Of a DNA stretch of 64,000 nucleotides, positions 26,339-40,659 are shown piece by piece (the first letter of the stretch is position 1; every line of letters begins with the position of its first letter). The position numbers were made by a program, and so were the translations under genes. The stretch lies in the NCBI GenBank assembly GCA_013265495.1, contig MU057640.1, forward strand, positions 186,001 through 250,000, written 5' to 3'. The notes beneath the pieces were generated by a model that saw only the letters and a list, made by a program, of their open reading frames with translations, was not told the origin of the DNA and did not search any database. Source of the stretch: Vicugna vicugna. Lineage: Eukaryota.

Positions 26339-27874
26339 CACAAAGGCATATCAGTATTTATATGTGAAACACTAAGGCACAAGAAAGGTGAAACAATTTG
26401 CCAGTGCACAATTAAGAGGCAAGTAACAGCCAGATCTTCTGATGCCCCGCCCAGGTCTCTGCCAGTTAACCCAGAGAAAACTCATGCCTCCACTGATGTG
26501 TTAAAGATCACAGCTGCAGGGTGACCCTCCCTGGAAGAGCTGCTCTGTACGTGGAGCTCAGTAGGAAGCATAAGCAGGCAACAGGGCTAGCGAGCTAAAT
26601 TTTCAGTCAGGCCTGGTGAACAAAGACTGTTGGTACAATGAAAGGAGCAAGCAAAGCCAGATTTGATTTTGGTCCAGTAACAGCTGAAGACAATTGATGA
26701 CTGCATGGAGAAGGTCAACAACCCCACTGTTCTGCAGCATGGCGAAAGACACTAGTGGACTTTATAACATTCTTAGCAGCGCCCTGAGAACAAGAAAAGA
26801 TAGCTGTTGAGAAGTGAGGATCTTTCATGTGACCTGGATTGCAGAGGGAGTGGGAGTAGGGATGTAAATAGATTTTGGTGTTTTCTCTCTCTGGCCACCT
26901 GCTAAAGACTTTCTGAAACTGACAAAGCACAATACTTGAATTCACTGTCATCCCATTTCCTTTTTCTCAAAACATTTGCTCGATCAGATAAAAGGAAAAA
27001 GACATCCTTCTCTGATCAGCAACTACAAAAACTAAAAAAAAAAAAAGCCCAGGAGAACACAAATAATCTCAAAGTTTAGACGTGCTGAATAGAGAAGCCT
27101 AATTGGAAAACCTTCTATCCATCAGCGCTTTAAAAAGTACCACAGGAGAAATGTTTAGAATCCCAAAGTGAAGTTTATTAAAAATCTCATTTAAGGAAGC
27201 ACCAACAGAAAAGTACATTTCTGTCTCTCACTACATCCCAAGTTAACAACTAAACTATAGCATGTTTATTTAATTACTGATACCATTTTCCTTCCTCACG
27301 CTGAGATAAACATAAACAAAATGCGTATTCCACAGGAACAAACATTTTCATGAAACTGTTTTTGTCACAATCTTCCCCAGTACAAAGGACTGTGGCTTGC
27401 TTTCATGAGTCTAGCCACCTGAACTAGCTTCCCCTTCACCTAGAAAACCACTAAAAAGTTTTCAAGTGCCAAATGAACTTGTGATTTATTCTCTTTCCAC
27501 AAGAGAATTTAATCAGTCTTGGTGTTGCTCTGACAGCTTCTTCTAGGACAGGCAGCCCAAGTTCTGATTATATGGATGGGCTGCGTGAGCCTCTATTTGA
27601 GTTTTTAAAAGCTCAATGCAATAATAAATGTAACCAATCTCCAAATTGCATTCTATAATTAAAATCAATAAAAATAATTTCAAATGAGTTTAAAACTTCA
27701 GTAATACATCCTGGAAAGATATTCAGAATTTTAAGAGACTAGGAGCAAATAATTTCCCTAGCCCTACAAGAGGCTTTGTGAAAGTGGTAGGCCCTAAAAA
27801 GAGCAAGGACAGTGATACACCCTATTTGGTGATTTTTTTCCTCCTTCCTTCCCACTCTACTTCTGTGAACCATC

Positions 27875-28310
27875 TGTGGTAGATTAGATTATTATTCAGC
27901 AAATCTTGCACTCCCTCGCCCAGCATCCCCAACAGAGGAATATCTTTCCCCTCTGCAGTGATGTTGAGCTTGGCTCTGACTTGCTTTGGCCTCAAGGTGG
28001 GTGCAGTCTACTACCCACTCCATGCCTTTGAGCACAATCTTATGACGTGCTTTGGCTGATGGGATCTTAGGAGATGTGGCACAACAGACAGTTAAACTGT
28101 ACTTGCGCAGGTGGCCTTGCTTTCTTGTACTTCGGCTGCTGCATCAAGGAGAACTTACTTTGGGTAGCCACTGTCCCTTCAGCTAGGGCCCCAGAATAAG
28201 ACATGCAAAGCAGAACTGCCCTAGCTGATCCACAGACCCACACCTTTAAGCCAAGCTAGAACTAATGCTTTAAGGCACTGAAGGTCTGTTATGTAGCATT
28301 ACCACAGTTG
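27875..28310 (+). mobile_element. MaLR LTR (MLT1-like)
   Basis: TGTGGTAGA...GACTTGCTTTGGCC...GGGCCCCAGAATAAGACATG..GCAGA...GCTTTAAGGCACTGA...TGTTATGTAGCATT layout. Confidence 0.6.
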
Positions 28311-30939
28311 TTTTCAAATAATAATGGTTATGTGGACACAGAAGATGCAATAAAGATGAACAAGGCTTACAAATCCAAAATCCTTTACCTGAAATCTTTA
28401 GGACTAAATATGTTTAGAATGTATATATTTGTTGGATTTTACAGAGGTAACATGATGCAAATACCATGTTTTATAATGTTCCCTCAGTGTCCTAAGTTAG
28501 AACCACAAAATCAAACACATTAATAAACATATAGAAAAATAATATACCTTAGTCTTAAATTACATAAATAGGTTCAGGTTAGATTTCGCTGTCAAATGAA
28601 TTATGAAAAGCCTTTCAGTTTTTTTCAGGATTCAAGAACTGTGGATATGGGACCATAGTCCTGTAATATCAATGTTTATATAATTATAAAGAATCTTCCC
28701 CCCCCAAATTTAATTTCAATAACTCTACATAAAAGGTATAATTACCCTGAGTCATTGTATCAAATTTGTGGTGGAAATGGGTAGAATACGACTAACCTGT
28801 AATGAAAATAACTATTCACATCTAATTAACTTGTAAATCATTGGTTTTACTCAGCAATACCTGCGTTCTCTCTTTTGCCTTAGATCAACTTAAGGAACTG
28901 TACAAGCATTGTGAAAACTACACATTAATACCCCTTTAATCAACAAACACTTAATTGAGTTTCTTCTACATAGCCTGACACTGTGCTAGGCACTAGGTTT
29001 TTGAATCAGATAATGCTTCTGTTTACAGGAGCTTTTATCAGAAGGGAAGACAGATAAGCACATTTTAATATTAACTACATGTTGAAATAAAAATATTTTA
29101 GATGCACTAGGTTATATAAAATAAGTTATTCAAATTAATTATGTTTACCTATTTCTTTGTTTTAAAAAAATTATGCTCATTAGAAAATTTAAGATTAACC
29201 ATTGCAGCTCACATTGTTTCTATTGGACAGTGCTGCTCTAAAGCTTCAGTTCTTTCTCCTACAACAGGCTTAAACTGAAAATTTCTAACAACCTTTTCTT
29301 TCTTGAAGCTTCCCTCCCTTCCTCAGTTTCTGTGACAATGCACTATGGAGGTTCTCCTCCCACCACTCATTCTCCTCAGCGGGTCCCTCATCCTCTTCCA
29401 CTCCCCCATTATAAGTGTCCTGAAGGGTCTTCCTGGGCTTCCTTGTCCCCCTCCTTCCTTAGGCATCTCCTCCACTGCTCCAACATCAACTGCTAAGTCT
29501 ATTTAAGTGATTCACATTTACAGCTCCAAGCCTGTCCATAGGATATTTTCAACTGCTGGCACTTCAGAAGTGATACTTCCAAACCACTTCCTCATCTTCC
29601 TCTCTAGACTAGTTCTTTGTTCCTAACTTCCTTATTTCTGTGATCTCCCCACTTCTCCAAACTTAAAGCCTCCTAATCAGCTTTATGCTTTACTCCTTGC
29701 TCCGCAATTGGCTGTCATGTCCTGTTCATGTTTTTCCTCTTTTCTAAGCCTCTGCCACTACCAAAGATCAAAATCATGTATCTCACCTGGATTATACAAA
29801 AATCACCTCAAATCTCTTAGCGTCTCTAGCCCCCCTACCAGGTTAAGGTTATCAAAGCAAACCAAAACTTATCAAAAGCAAATCTCAGAACACCATCCAA
29901 ATCTGCCTGGAATCTAGGATATGAAGGAGAGGCAGCATTAGAGGTCTTTGAAAGGTTTTTCAGAATATATCCAAAAGAAGTTAAGCCTCCCCCTACAATC
30001 GAATATAACAGTAGTGGGAAAGCAGGAGGAGACTGAACCTGGATCTGAGAGAGGAAGAGGAGCACAGAAGCTTTGGTAGAATGTTAGATCTTTCCTGCTA
30101 GAATGATTCTCAGAGGCCAACTCCAATCCCCCAGTTCTCCCCAAATGTAAATTCACACAGCAATCTAGGACTAGGGGCAGTCATTTAATTTTAATTAAAA
30201 TTTAGCAATACATCATATCCATTCAGAGGAAAATATACCCAGAATTGTGGTAACTATCCACCCAAGGACCAGAGAACACAAATGGAAAAACCAGAAAATA
30301 GATGCCACTTCTATCATCTTTTCTTTAGGAAAGGTGGGTAAGGGGGAAAGAACCATGCACTCAATAAACAGGCTTCTTTTTTCACTGTTAAGGATTTGCT
30401 CTTAAGTGGAGGTGGGACGGGATTTAAGTTGGCTGAAATCTGTGAGTTAAGGAGAACTGAAATTGGCTTTTGCAGGTGACTGAAATCAGTCAAATGCAAC
30501 AGGTTCCAACCTACTTTGCTGTTTTATTCTCTTTCATAACAGCTACTTAACGTGCAGTCTGGGTTGCTGGACCCTTAAGATCCACAGGGCCCCTCTTTTG
30601 TAGTACACCTTCTGATATAATGACCTCCTCCTCACTTCAACTCCGAGGGTGAAAACCTTTCCATTGTAAAAGATAATTCAAAAAACAAGATGCCCTTAGC
30701 CCGACGTAATCTCTACCTGCCTCAAACTTCAGGGAATATTATGACTTTTACAATTTGCTTTACCGTGTAGTTATTTGCATACTATTCTTATCTCCCACAG
30801 TAAACCTTGCACAAGTTATTCATCTTGTCCAAAGCAGGCAAGAACTAAGTTACTTTCCTACAAGAGAAGCGGTATTTATTTGAAAGGAATCTGAGCGGGA
30901 TGAAAACGCCAAGTATCTAAAACACGTGCAAAGCACTAG

Positions 30940-31770
30940 ACATACATGCCTCGCGACAGTCCGGATCAAGGCAAAATCATGAGACCCTCCTTTTCGCCCC
31001 GAACTGAGACAAGAAGGAACTTGGCCCTGGCAGCCACTTGCTTTCTCTGGACAAGGACACACTAGGGGGAGGAGGCGTGGAGTTTCACCAGTTGCTAAGC
31101 CAGACCCAGCGCAAGGCGCTTTCTCTTTCTCCTGCTCCACTCCAGGCAAGACGGTCAATCCTGGTCAAGGCACCTGCGCCCAGAGATATCGAAGGGAAAC
31201 CAGCACTTCCGGACGAAGGCTGCGAAAGGGAATCTCTCTTCAACCCAACCGCGCGCCGCGAGCCAGAGAAACTGGCCGACCCTCCTGGTTCCCCACACGG
31301 GGCTCCTCGGTCCCCGCCCGGCCGCGCCCGGCTCCTCATCCTCGAGGACACCGGCTCTGCGGCCCGGGAGGCGACAAAGGGCCGGGCCTGCCCGCAGCCA
31401 CCCGTGTCGGCACCAAATGAGGGGCGCGTTTCTCTCTCCCCGGACCCCCCACCACACACCTACCTTTGCCTCGCCGCCACCACTATCCTCTCGCAGCCAA
31501 GGTTCCTTCCCGAGCAGCTGCTGTTTTGTTTCCGATGTGAAATTTCGGCCTTTGGAGCTGCTCAGCCCAGGCCCCTCCCAAAAGGTTTCATCGGTGTCGT
31601 CACTTCCGGCCCTGGCGTCGTTGGCGGGGCCCCACTAGCGGAGGGGGCGGGGCCCATAGGAAGGGGTGGAGCTTCCGGTGGTGAGCGGGATTGCTGGGGA
31701 GACCCTGTGTTCCAGCTGGTCTCTTTGACCTGGCGGGAGCCGCCTAGAGTGCCAGCGCGGGTCTGGGGTT
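30940..31770 (-). promoter_or_regulatory. PSEN1: PSEN1 CpG-island, TATA-less promoter with ETS and GC-box motifs
   Basis: Abrupt GC- and CpG-rich island; ETS core CCGGAAGT (minus strand, 31602-31609) at the presumed start; GC box GGGGCGGGGC at 31644-31653; further CCGGAAG motifs near 31205 and 31672. Confidence 0.88.
31464..31605 (-). other. PSEN1: PSEN1 non-coding exon 1 (5' end approximate)
   Basis: Contains TTTCACATCGGAAACAAAACAGC.GCTG...GGAAGGAACC as in the recalled human exon 1; strong donor AAG|gtaggt after 31464. Confidence 0.8.
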
Positions 31771-34700
31771 TTCAGGGATCTGAGACTGCTCTTGAGCTGA
31801 GAATTAAAATTTTTACGTAAAATGGAGCCAGCATGTGCTTCTCCCTGCCTCCAAGTGATGGCATCTTAAATCTTTTTTTCATTTCTCAGTAATACCTATT
31901 TGTACAGTGTTTCTTAATGCGAATCAGCTGCACCACAATCAAAAGTATGCTAATTTAAGTTGTCAATACCTATGCCCTCCACCCCTTACCCAGTAAATCA
32001 AAATTTCTGGTGGGTAAGAGAACCTGAGAAGCTGCATTTTAAACAAACTTTGTCTAGGATTCTCGGGCTCCAAGACCAGTTTTCCTAGATGGTAAGCTTT
32101 CAGAGAGCATAACTTGTCTTATTTTTGTAATTCCAAACCCTAAGAGGGTATCTGGTACATACTGAGCTGCTCAACGGTCCTTGGATTTTTGCATCTGCCG
32201 GCTTTCCTTCAAATGGCCATAAAGGCCGTACCAATAACTAACTCCTTAGGTAGCAAACCACACTCATACACTCATCTGAAAGCTAAAAGTAAACAATGCA
32301 GACTATCACGTAAAACCAAAGGTGAACAATGAAGAAACACTCACATTCTGATTACACAGGTAATCAGAAAGCTGAAAATGAAATCAATAACATGGCATCT
32401 GACCAAATGAGATTTTTATTTCTTTTAAATTCTCCCCCCAAGATAACCATTCATATTCCTAAAGCATCAATCTCCAATCCCTCTCTCGTCCCTGCCCGCC
32501 TCGAATACATGAACGGATTTAAATAGCTTTTACACACAACCTCATATTTAAGAACAGAAGTAGCAGTAGTTTTTCCATTAACAGAAAAAGTTGGGAGAAG
32601 AATAAGGTTGACATCCCCCCCAATTCTTTGTAGTCCTCATCTCTCCTTTCCCTCCTTAAACTTCACAGGGGTAGGAATTTTTCTGTTTGTTCACATACAT
32701 TGCTGAATGCCTAGAACAGTGCCTAGCACATAAACAGTTCAATACATTTGTCAAACAAGCATAAACTAAAACCCATCTATTTGTGAACTAGTTCAATCTC
32801 TTTGAATGCAATCTGTAATATGAGTAGAAAGTCTTAAAATGCTGGTAAACTATCCTTAGAAACAATCTCAATACAAAAATTTTGTGCAAGCATGTTCACG
32901 GAGTATTATCAATAGCAAAAATTGGAATGCTAAACATCCTGCAATAAATTATGACTCACCTACTTTACCAAATGTCAATAAAATTGTTTTTGAAGATTAA
33001 CAGAAGTGTAACAGAAACACTCATCCTGTTAAAAGCTGAGACATAAGATTTAAGCATATGTCAAAACACATTCCCGCAAAAAGGAAACAAAGGTGATTTT
33101 AAAAAAGCAATCAATGTCTGAATAACTGGAACTACAGGTAAATTTTTCTGTATTTCTTCATCTTCTTAGGAGTATAAAAACCCAGGAAACAGAGGAAGAA
33201 CAGCAAAGAAACACTAAGAATGACACAGACTAGAGGAACAAGGCTAAAGTAATGTCCTAGATACCAAGAAAAGTCCCAAATAGAGAGCAGACGTCCATAG
33301 TTTTAAGAGATAAACTAGGATGTAGCCTTTTACAAAGCCAGTCTCATTTAGGCTATCACCAGTCACTAATAGAATGGAGAGATACAAACATTGAGTGAGA
33401 CTTGAGAAATCTGGAGGGCACATGTAACTATATGCTACTCAGATCTAAAATCTAAGGTTGTTTTTGTGTTCTTCAAAACTTATTCTAGCCTGAAAGAGAG
33501 AAGGTAATAGAAACACCTAAGCAAGACTCAAGAAACTGCAAACTGTAGTTAGAAACCAGAGCCAACGGAGTGGGGGAGGTCTCTGGATAGGATGGATGGA
33601 ATACCAATCATTAATTATAGAAAGCAAAGGTTCAAGATGCATGTTATTATAAACTGGAGAGCTAGGACTGGAAAGAACATGCCTAAATGACTTTTTTGAT
33701 GTTAAGGTTTTATAAACCTTGAGTTATTTGCTAAGTAAGGGGGAAAATAAAATGACTTTTACATATTCATACCTATCTACTATAGCACTGGAGGTTTAAA
33801 AACAGTAAAGCTGCAATGTGTGGGGGAGAGTCTTTATACCACCGATTCCAAGGCAATCCAATTAACACTTTCCACATAAAAAGCAGTGTCTGCCTTCATT
33901 TATACAGTGTCATTGCCCTGTTTGCTATGGGAGTAAAGTAGAATTGAAATATGAGAGATAATATTGTCATCAGGGCTGGGTGCTTGGCCACATTCTATCT
34001 TACTAGCTCTCAGATGGCTTTAATTCTTTGCAAGGATTGGTCTCCTTAGATTGGGACAGCTCAAGATGAAGGGCTGGCTCTGTTACTCAACTTGTATTTT
34101 CAGTCTTCAGTTCTTTATGTCTGTCAATATTTTATTAATCTAAATTCCTTCTTAACAAAGAACCTGGACCCTTTTTAAAAAATTTGCTTAAAGAATATAT
34201 TTAAAATGAAACTTTAATATCTAGCTTTTCTAATACCTACTGCAGTGACAATTAGTCATGTCTCTTCACCTGGATATATTTGGCAGTATTTTTAAACTGA
34301 CAGGAAAAGAAAAAAGAACCTTCTTATAATGTCCAGATTCCACAATATGAAGTGTCCACTAATTTTTACTTTGGTTGTAAGAAAAAAATGGAAAAAGTTG
34401 TTTAGAACTATTTTTAAATTGCAATACTTTTTGCTTTAATGAAGGTTTGCTAAAAATACTTCCTGTGGGGGAACTTTATTAATAAGCACTATCCACTGCC
34501 CTTAGGTGGATATTAGCATCTAGACCATACCTTCCCAACATAACTTTCTGTAATCACAGTAATGTTAATTCTGCAATATCCATCCAATATTGGTAGCCAC
34601 TAACTACATATGGCTGTTGAGCACTTGGAATGTGAATGCTGCAACTGGATTTTTAAATTCAGTTTAGTTACATATGATTTCTGAACACTTGAAACATGGC

Positions 34701-36309
34701 TAGTGTGACTGAAGAACTGAATTTTAAAATTTAATTTTAATGAATTTAAAACCTTAGTAGTGCAGATCTAGACCATGAGTTAGAACCCAATATGCAGAAA
34801 TCTAGATATCCAACTTTGGAGAACACTGTAACAGTGTTGCATTAGGTAGTTAAGACGATGTGATCTCTAAGGTCCCCTCTATATTACCACCTCTGCTGAG
34901 AATCTTCGTATTGTCCCTTCCCTCTCAACCTTGAAATTATCTCAAGTCTGACGATTCAAATAGTACTTTGTATATACGTCTGTTAGCGATCCTCTCATTA
35001 TTTCTTCACTACTAGACTGTCAGCTCCTAGAAGGATTTGGTTTCTTTATGCCTATCACTCCACCTAGTTTATAACATGAACGGCACATATTAAGTGTGCT
35101 TCAATGGCAAACGTAAGTTATATGCAAAAAGATGAAAGGGATAGCTGCTTAAAAATTCAGCTACCACTCTGTGCAAGAGAAACTAAAAATCATCAATCCA
35201 ACTACTAAATGATGTGGCAGCACAGGCAGATTTGAGTGTCATTTAATGCAAACAACATGGCTTGAAAAGAATTTTTATTCATTTTTGTTTATAGAAATTA
35301 TCTTTCCTTCCTAGACATTTTAGATTAACATTCCTAATTTGGCTTCCATATGAGTCAAGTAATAAGATGAAAGGCAAAGAATCTGTCAATTAAATAAAGA
35401 GGAAAATGTAAGCATTCAAATGCAGATAAACAAATATTGCAATAATTTAACATAACATTTAAAAAAATCTACCAGTTTATCAAAAATTATAAGCTCACTT
35501 TAGTCTATAGTATAAATGAACAGTAATAATTCCTGGGTTTAAAATATATGTGAATTTCCCTAGTTTTCCTGACACTTAGACTGCCTGTTTTTTTGCCTAT
35601 GTGGGATTCATTCTAATACCCTTTATTAGTCAGTGGCATTCACAAATCAACCTCACCATCTTTTGCTAAGCAAACAATTTCTCAGTTTCACAGGAATAGA
35701 ATGCTGAAATATGACTTGGAAAAATGTATAACCACTTTGACACAAAACCCTTAAGCAGTGTTTGGGTATAAAGTGGAAACATTCATAGAACTTACTAGAA
35801 AAAGAGTCGGGTAAATAGCTTCATATACACTGTACACCTGCTTACATTTATTTGCACTTAAAATTTTTACTTAATATTAAAGGAGAAAACATTATAATAG
35901 TGTTTAGCCTCATTTGACTCTCGTGCTCATTTTTCTCAATTTGTTCACCATTATCTGGTATTCATGCCTGATAAGTACTTGAAACAGCACTCTCCACAAA
36001 ATCATCAGCCTTTACTGTTACGAAAAGTTTACCGGGAAGCACTATGGTAAGATTCAGGCAGAGTAACAACATAAAAGTTCTCTAAAGAGAAAATGTTCTG
36101 GGGCTGGCTGGAAATAAAGCCTAGAATATTAAGAGTTGTTCTTGGGGATCATTTTTGGAAGACTGCTTTATGTTCATGAACTTGAATATCTATTTGCCCC
36201 CCAAAATGTTTTTCTCTTTAAAATCTACTTGAAAAGAAACTAAAGCAGCATTTGTGCAGTCTGTTAGGATATAATACTAGTACTGAGTAGATGCCTTAAA
36301 ATGCTAATC

Positions 36310-36455
36310 AAAGTAGTTCTTAGAACAGTTAGTACTGGCACCATCTATCTGGGAGCTGGCCAGAAATGCAAAATTTCAGGTCCAGTCTAGCGCTAGTAAG
36401 TCTGAATTTTAACAAGATCCCCCACGTGATTCAAGCGCATGTTAAAGTTTGAGAA
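36310..36455. mobile_element. hAT-Charlie MITE, MER5A-like
   Basis: CTGGGAGCT...AGAAATGCAAAATTTCAGG...TTTTAACAAGATCCCC..GTGATTC...GCATGTTAAAGTTTGAGAA. Confidence 0.75.
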
Positions 36456-37439
36456 AAACCACTTTCTTCCTGTAGACAGATGTACACATTTAAAATTATT
36501 TTATTTATAGGGTCAAATGAGGAAAAAGAATATTGGTTTCCTAACTGCCAGATCGAGAATGGTTCTCAAGACTTTCATATAATTTTATAACAACTTGAAT
36601 GGGTAAATATGGATTAACTAAGGTTCCCAAATTAATCTATGGGCAAATGGTAAAGACAATCCAGAAAGCTCAAGCAATTTAGCAAAAATTTTTTCTTTAT
36701 GTGTATTCTCACTGACACTACATCATACCAGCTTAGACAGGTCCAGTTCTTTACATACAAACCTGAAAAATAAAAAACTCTGAAAACCTCCAAGTTTAAT
36801 GGTGGCAAAAACAAATATGAACTGACATTAAGCTATAAATGAAGCAGTCTTTAACCAAGTGACTGTGATCATTCCTGTTCTGCTGCAGAAATGTTAATGC
36901 ATACATTTGGGATCCTGACACAAATCTCACTGGAGGTGTTACACAGTATGAGGTATATGTCCCTAAGGATTTCACATAAGGGCCCTTTTAAGGTAAATAT
37001 GGTAAGAGAGCAGGAGAGATCAAAGCAAGGAAAATTAAATCTACCTGAATAAACTTTCATGCTAATACTGGCTAAATAAAAACAACCTAATACGATACCT
37101 TAGAAATAATAATAATTAAGACAAGACAGAGGCATAATAAACAGCTCAAACAATGAGTTACACTGGGGGTCAATCTGAGAAAAGCTAGTAAATGAATCTG
37201 TAAATAGCAAGGAGCATGTTTCTGAAAATTTCCCTTGAGAAACCACAATTTAAAAAATTGTAATACTACAAGGGGGTATCTACATAGACGTATAGATAAT
37301 TCAAAATAAGGTATCTCTATAGATGTATAAATTAATCCAAAATCCATAATTGCCTCTGACTTTCAGTTACTAATATTCAAAAATCAATTCCATCAAAAAT
37401 TCAGCCCATATTTTCAAATTAAGTTTCTAGGATGCACTA

Positions 37440-38995
37440 CACAATTATAACATGATGCCATTTATTTAACAAGACTCTGAAAGAATGAGTCCCCGAGATC
37501 AAATATATACATTTTTAATATTTGAAATATTTACATAATGGAACCATGTCATGGTCCAATGTTAAGAACAGTGTTTTCAAATGTCTTAAGATGTAAAAAA
37601 ATCTAGTAACTCAAGCTCAGTTATGCTTTTTTAACACCCTCCCCGCAAATCTTTTTTTTTTTAAATAAATACTCAGACATGGGAATAGCTGCACCTAATT
37701 TCTGTTAAGAACTGTTTAAAACTTGTTAGATTTTCAGGTAATTTTGCTCCCTGGTAAGTTCTGATCTACAATCAAGAAAGCCCCACGTATGTCTCTAAGA
37801 ACACCATCAGTACATTTTTAAACTTTGATAAGCAGAGGTAAACAAAGTATGTGCCTGTGTATACACACATGAGATAAACCCTTTATAAAACAAAAAATTA
37901 GTGGTAACTACCTTAAACGATTTACTTTATCCTTAGAAAACAGATGTAAACTTTGTAAATTGCCTTGCTGAATTCCTATTGTATTTTGTCAAATGTTCCT
38001 AATCTGTAAAATTGCCTAGTTTTATCTTTTGCTTATTTTTTAAAAATAGTTTTTGACTTAATGCTTTTGAATTGTTTTTTTTAAACAAAATGGTACATCA
38101 AAATTAAACTAAGGACCAATTAGTGCAAAAATGCATTAAATAAAGATCTCCAGAATCTAAGGATCTGCATCATTTCTCAACAATGAAATCAGGGGGGAAA
38201 ACCACCATGATTCACACTCCCTTAAAAGAGAGGCTGATGTAGCCAGCTACCAACAGAAAAAAAACCCCACTCCTTTTAAGACTGTTGCTTGTCACAGGAA
38301 AATACCATGCTCTGAGAGACTAATAACCTAATTATCCCAGACATTTGGGTTGGCACAATACCATGTTTCCTTTACAATCCTATTCAATTAGGAAATGTTT
38401 AAGGGAACGGAACCCTCCAAAGCAAATTAGGGAAAAGTAAGACTTTTATACATACATTCACACAAACACATTCATACAGAGATATAAGAGGAATGGATTG
38501 TCTGCTAATTTTTGCACTCTAATTTTAAATTCCATGCCTTCATGAGGGCCTGCCATTTTTGATCAGAGGGGCAAGGGTAATAGGTGTGATGGGCATTCTT
38601 TCGATTAATATTCATGTTGGTGTTTATACAGTACAGTTCAATATTAAGTGCAATTTTGCAAAAGAATTGGGGAGTCATTTTAATATTTACAAGGAACAAA
38701 TCAGCAGAACAAGATTATATCAGATAGGCTGTGTACAGTAGCTGTGGCTTATAAAACATACCAGTAATTTGTACCTGGTGAGTATAAAGAGAACCAAGGT
38801 AGGATTCAGATGTCTTTACAACCAAAGGAGTACACAGGGCATCAACAAATTAGAAGACAAAAAAATTCACATTTTCTACATTAAAAAAAAAATTACAGAT
38901 CTCACAAATGTCTTTGAAGACAAAAAAAATTTTAAAGTCCTTTGAATGGTGGGAAAGAAGAAATCTGAAATGGAACTCTAAACGTAAAAAGTTTT
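37440..38995 (-). other. RBM25: RBM25 3' UTR (distal end approximate)
   Basis: Repeat-free AT-rich stretch directly after the stop codon; minus-strand AATAAA at 37461-37466 is the candidate poly(A) signal. Other sites are possible. Confidence 0.6.
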
Positions 38996-39088
38996 TTACT
39001 TCACAAGACCAATTTTCTTGGCTTCTGTTTCATATATCAATAATCTCCACATCTTGACTATAAAAACTTCTGCTTCTTCATCAAGTAC
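38996..39088 (-). CDS. RBM25: RBM25 last coding exon (PWI domain end and stop)
   Basis: tag|GTA CTT GAT...GTG AAG TAA; VLDEEAEVFIVKMWRLLIYETEAKKIGLVK*. Confidence 0.97.
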   Translation of the reverse strand, partial: VLDEEAEVFIVKMWRLLIYETEAKKIGLVK

Positions 39089-39214
39089 CTAGAAAAGAAA
39101 AAAGAAAAACACAAAAAAAGTTACACATGCAAGATAAGCAATCATCAGCATCTCCCAACAACAGTGACTGGTATCAAAAAAGGTCTGTACCTATCAACAA
39201 GCATTTACTTTCTT

Positions 39215-39940
39215 TTTTTTTTTTTACATTTTTTATTGATTCATAATCATTTTACAGTGTTGTGTCAAATTCCAGTGTTCAGCACAATTTTTCAGTCATT
39301 CATGGACATATACACACTCATTGTCACATTTCTTTCTCTGTGATTTATCATAACATTTTGTGTATATTTCCCTGTGCTATACAGTGTAATCTTGTTTATC
39401 TATTCTACAATTTTGAAATCCCAGTCTATCCCTTCCCACCCTCTACCCCCCCACCCCGGTAACCACAAGTCTGTATTCTCTGTCCATGAGTCTATTTCTG
39501 TCCTGTATTTATGCTTTGTTTTTGTTTTTTAGATTCCACATATGAGCGATCTCATATGGTATTTTTCTTTCTCTTTCTGGCTTACTTCACTTAGAATGAC
39601 ATTCTCTAGGAGCATCCATGTTGCTGCAAATGGCATTATGTTGTCGGTTTTTATGGCTGAGTAGTATTCCATTGTATAAATATACCACATCTTCTTTATC
39701 CAGTCACCTGTTGATGGACATTTAGGTTGTTTCCATGTTTTGGCTATTGTAAATAGTGCTGCTATGAACACTGGGGTGCAGGTGTCATCCTGAAGTAGAT
39801 TTCCTTCTGGGTACAAGCCCAGGAGTGCGATTCCTGGGTCATATGTTAAGTCTATTCCTAGTCTTTTGAGGAATCTCCACACCGTTTTCCATAGTGGCTG
39901 CACCAAATTGCATTCCCACTAGCAGTGTAGGAGGGTTCCC
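39215..39940 (-). mobile_element. Young 5'-truncated L1 with ~20-bp TSD
   Basis: Intact ORF2 C-terminus (39529-39906: WKQPKCPSTGDWIKKMWYIYTMEYYSAIK), 3' UTR, AATAAA and A-tail; TSD CAACAAGCATTTACTTTCTT at 39195-39214 and 39941-39960. Confidence 0.95.
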
Positions 39941-40659
39941 CAACAAGCATTTACTTTCTTTCTTTCTTTTTTTTTTTAAAGCAACATTTACTTTCAGTAA
40001 AATGACTTGAAGGAAACCTACTGTGAGAAATGTATTAAGTAATACAAGTAAACTACCGAAAAAAAAAAGCATTCAGCAAAATTCCACTGCTTACTAAATA
40101 CTGACACCACAGTACTCCAATTTTTTTTCTAACTTTCAACTTTACAAATACTACATTTACACATCTTGAAAAACTATTCCTAAGGAAGGCAAATCCTTCT
40201 AATAAAGAACATGGTAATTCAGACAGAACTAGTTATACAACTACATAATAATATAGAGTATCTCACTCATCACCCCCTAAATAATCTCACAACATTTACT
40301 GAGTCCACATTATGTATGTGACACTGAACTATTAAATGAGAATATATGTACAGCATTTTAATATAGTGTCTGGGATACAAAGTGAACAGTATCATTGCAA
40401 GGGACACAAGACCACTGAATAAATAAAAGGCCTTTTCCTGTTGGCAAATCAAATTATTTTTCTGTCTACTTACTTAGTGCATCATGTCCTTACCACTCGT
40501 CCTGCCCTCATCCCCCACATATATGGCACTCCACTCCAGGGCTGCCATGTGGTAAAATGGAATAGCATGCTTCTTCTACAGAAGGCAGCAATGACTGAGC
40601 TCCAGGGTACCATCATCATGATGGCATGTGGCCTAATGCTGCCAGGACTCTGGAGAAGC

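Noticed and set aside
31038..31820. 260-aa plus-strand ORF and overlapping 100-124-aa minus-strand ORFs
   Set aside because: They lie in the GC-rich PSEN1 CpG island, where stop codons are rare; Pro/Gly/Ala/Arg-rich with no recognisable domain.
39529..39906. 125-aa ORF as an independent gene
   Set aside because: It is the C-terminus of L1 ORF2 in a 5'-truncated copy with no promoter or RT domain.
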